This document shows, in pieces, positions 60,960-64,000 of a stretch of 64,000 nucleotides of DNA. Each line of letters begins with the position of its first letter. Within the stretch, counting starts at the first letter, position 1. A program made the position numbers and the translations under genes. The DNA comes from Heterodontus francisci (Eukaryota): assembly GCF_036365525.1 (NCBI RefSeq), contig NC_090414.1, forward strand, positions 19,677,846 to 19,741,845, written 5' to 3'. The notes below the pieces were generated by a model. The model saw nothing but the letters and a program-made list of their open reading frames with translations, did not search any database and had not been told where the DNA came from.

Positions 60960-61712
60960 AGTGCGGCACACCCTCAGTACTGACCCTCCGACAGTGCGGC
61001 ACTCCCTCAGTACTGACCCTCCGACAGTGCGGCACTGCCTCAGTACTGACCCTCCGACAGTGCGGCACTCCCTCAGTACTGACCCTCCGACAGTGCGGCA
61101 CACCCTCAGTACTGACCCTCCGACAGTGCGGCACTCCCTCAGTACTGACCCTCCGACAGTGCGGCACTCCCTCAGTACTGACCCACCGACAGTGCGGCAC
61201 TCCCTCAGTACTGACCCTCCGACAGTGCGGCACTGCCTCTGTACTGACCCTCTGACAGTGCGGCACACCCTCAGTACTGACCCTCCGACAGTGCGGCACT
61301 GCCTCAGTACTGACCCTCCGACAATGCGGCACACCCTCAGTACTGACCCTCCGACAATGCGGCACTCCCTCAGCACTGACCCTCCGACAGTGCAGCACTC
61401 CCTCAGTACTGACCCTCCGACAATGCGGCACACCCTCAGTACTGACCCTCCGACAATGCGGCACACCCTCAGTACTGACCCTCCGACAATGCGGCACACC
61501 CTCAGTACTGACCCTCCGACAATGCGGCACTCCCTCAGTACTGACCCTCCGACAGTGCGGCACACCCTCAGTACTGACCCTCCGACAGTGCGGCACTCCC
61601 TCAGTACTGACCCTCCGACAATGCGGCACACCCTCAGTACTGACCCTCCGACAATGCGGCACTCCCTCAGTACTGACCCTCCGACAGTGCGGCACTCCCT
61701 CAGTGCTGACCC
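60960..61712 (-). repeat. 33-bp tandem array B, about 23 copies, inverted relative to array A
   Basis: Unit ACCCTCCGACAGTGCGGCACTCCCTCAGTACTG, the reverse complement of the array A unit. Confidence 0.97.
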
Positions 61713-61999
61713 TTTAACAATTAATTTACAAAAGCATTCAAAGAAAAGGAAAATTGACATTTTGTTTTAAGTGCGCATTTAAATTCTTCTCCTGGTTTTC
61801 TTGATCTGTATCAATGACCTAGACCTGGGTGTGCAGGGCACAGTTTCAAGATTTGCAATGACACAAAACCTGGAAGTATTGTGAACTGTGAGGAGGATAG
61901 TGATAGACTTCAGCTCTTGGAGAAGAGTAAATTGCTGGGCTACAGGTGGCCGTGGTGGGGGTGGGGAGGAGCCCTGAGCTGCCTCCTGTCAATCACCCT

Positions 62000-62105
62000 G
62001 GAGGCCACGCCCCCTTTACGACAGCGCCTACCGTCACCGGCCGCTTCTCTTTACGACGGGGCCGTGAGTTGGATTGCTCCCTCTCTCTCCAGCTGCCTGT
62101 GTAAG
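62000..62105 (+). promoter_or_regulatory. EEF1G: EEF1G promoter and 5'UTR with candidate 5'TOP tract
   Basis: CpG-rich; GCCACGCCCCC (Sp/KLF) near 62003; pyrimidine tracts CTTCTCTTT (62044) and CTCCCTCTCTCTCC (62077); YY1-type AAGATGGCGG over the ATG. EEF1G is a known TOP mRNA. Confidence 0.65.
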
Positions 62106-62379
62106 ATGGCGGACGGGGTAAGTGGGAGCTCCGGCTTTAATCCGCGCTGTATCGGCGCCATCCTGGCCTCTGGGCCTCTGCGGCTTCGATCACTGACTTT
62201 TCTGCTTCTCCTCCCCGCAGATTCTGTACACTTACCCCGAGAACTGGCGGGCTTTCAAGGCGCTGATCGCCGCCCAGTACAGCGGTTCCAAGCTGCGGCT
62301 CCACTCCGGCCCGCCGCACTTCATCTTCGGCCAGACCAACAGGAGCGCCGACTTCCTCCAGAAATTCCCCCTGGGCAAG
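62106..62379 (+). CDS. EEF1G: Elongation factor 1-gamma, exons 1-2 (gene continues beyond the window)
   Basis: Exon 62106-62117 MADG|GTAAGT and exon 62221-62379 [53 protein letters not shown]|GTAAAG, matching the eEF1-gamma N-terminus. Confidence 0.97.
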
Positions 62380-62464
62380 GTAAAGAAAGCTGGGGGAGAG
62401 AGCGAGGTGGTTCTCCCCTGTCTCCCACCGCCCCTCGCCATTGTCATTCCCAGAGATATTGGTG

Positions 62465-63655
62465 ACCCCTCACCCCCCCCCCCCAACCCCTCACCCCCCC
62501 CCCCCCAACCCCTCACCCCCCCCCAACCCCTCACCCCCCCCCAACCCCTCACCCCCCCCCCAACCCCTCACCCCCCCCCAACCCCTCACCCCCCCCCAAC
62601 CCCTCACCCCCCCCCAACCCCTCACCCCCCCCCCCAACCCCTCACCCCCCCCCCCCAACCCCTCACCCCCCCCCAACCCCTCACCCCCCCCCCAACCCTC
62701 ACCCCCCCCCCCAACCCCTCACCCCCCCCCAACCCCTCACCCCCCCCCAACCCCTCACCCCCCCCCCAACCCCTCACCCCCCCCCCAACCCCTCACCCCC
62801 CCCCAACCCCTCACCCCCCCCCCAACCCCTCACCCCCCCCCAACCCCTCACCCCCCCCAACCCCTCACCCCCCCCAACCCCTCACCCCCCCCCAACCCCT
62901 CACCCCCCCAACCCCTCACCCACCCCCCCCAACCCCCAACCCCTCACCCCCCCCCAACCCCTCACCCCCCCCCAACCCCTCACCCCCCCCCCAACCCCTC
63001 ACCCCCCCAACCCCTCACCCCCCCCAACCCCTCACCCCCCCCAACCCCTCACCCCCCCCAACCCCTCACCCCCCCCAACCCCTCACCCCCCCCAACCCCT
63101 CACCCCCCCAACCCCTCACCCCCCCAACCCCTCACCCCCCCCAACCCCTCACCCCCCCAACCCCTCACCCCCCCAACCCCTCACCCCCCCCCAACCCCTC
63201 ACCCCCCCCAACCCCTCACCCCCCCCAACCCCTCACCCCCCCAACCCCTCACCCCCCCAACCCCTCACCCCCCCCAACCCCTCACCCCCCCAACCCCTCA
63301 CCCCCCCCAACCCTCACCCCCCCCAACCCCTCGCATCCCCCCAACCCCTCGCATCCCCCCAACCCCTCGCATCCCCCCCAACCCCTCGCATCCCCCCCCC
63401 ACCCCTCATCCCCCCAACCCCTCGCATCCCCCCAACCCCTCGCATCCCCCCAACCCCTCGCATCCCCCCAACCCCTCGCCCCCCCCCCCAACCCCTCGCC
63501 CCCCCCCCAACCCCTCGCCCCCCCCCCAACCCCTCGCCCCCCCCCCAACCCCTCGCCCCCCCCCCAACCCCTCGCCCCCCCCCCAACCCCTCGCCCCCCC
63601 CCAACCCCTCACCCCCCCCAACCCCTCACCCCCCCCAACCCCCCCCCCCCGACCC
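62465..63655. repeat. C-rich tandem repeat (AACCCCTCA-C6-11)n in EEF1G intron 2
   Basis: About 1.2 kb of roughly 16-19-bp units, with later variants AACCCCTCGCATCCCCCC and AACCCCTCGCCCCCCC. Confidence 0.95.
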
Positions 63656-64000
63656 CTTGTCTGCCTACTGTGATCACGGTGCTTTGTTGGGGGGGTGGTG
63701 GGGGTGGTTAAATACCTGTCTGTTTGTGTCTCTGGCTTTTTGTCTGTTCATGGGATGTGAGCATCACTGGCAATGCCCCCACATTTGTTGCCCATCCCTA
63801 ATTACCCTCGAGGTGGTGGTGGTGACTCGTCACCTTGAACTAATGCGATCCGTGTGCTGTAGGTATGTCCACAGTGCTGTGAGGGAGTTCCGGGATTCTG
63901 ACCCAGCGACAGTGAAGCACCGGCCGATATAGTTCCAAGTCAGGATGGTGGGTGACTTGGAGGGGAACTTGCAGGTGGTGGTGTTCCCATGCGTCTGCCT

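Noticed and set aside
59265-61770. Long ORFs (521, 528, 281, 276 aa and others) with Cys/His periodicity
   Set aside because: By-products of a stop-free 33-bp unit that is open in several frames on both strands; no splice context or protein family.
62064-62092. GTGAGT...CTCTCCAG mini-intron in the EEF1G leader
   Set aside because: Only 29 nt, below the vertebrate minimum intron size; more likely a TOP-type pyrimidine tract.
62407-63711. 434-aa and 410-aa proline-rich (extensin-like) ORFs
   Set aside because: Translation of the intronic C-rich repeat; the EEF1G exon ends at the 62379 donor.

Overview
Vertebrate genomic DNA, almost certainly from a shark or other elasmobranch, judging by HE1/V-SINE-like, DeuSINE-like and CR1 repeats. 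Four spliced protein-coding genes can be rebuilt by hand with phase-consistent GT-AG junctions. They are the last four coding exons and long 3'UTR of SYVN1/HRD1 (+), a complete 14-exon PRPF39-like gene (+, about 1151 aa), a complete 5-exon TMEM179B (-, 222 aa) and the first two exons of EEF1G (+). The most interesting object is the PRPF39-like gene. It is probably a second vertebrate PRPF39 paralogue, carries a ~500-aa acidic N-terminal extension built from a 48-bp coding minisatellite, has a candidate poison exon between exons 6 and 7, and has an intronic hAT MITE loaded with perfect 5' splice sites and CRE motifs. Other oddities are a 62-bp duplication that doubles the first splice donor of TMEM179B, two SINE-derived 33-bp arrays forming a large inverted repeat between the divergent TMEM179B and EEF1G starts, a Tx1-like fragment nested in a SINE head, and a 1.2-kb C-rich array in EEF1G intron 2. 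Gene and repeat identities rest on recalled homologous sequences, not on database searches.
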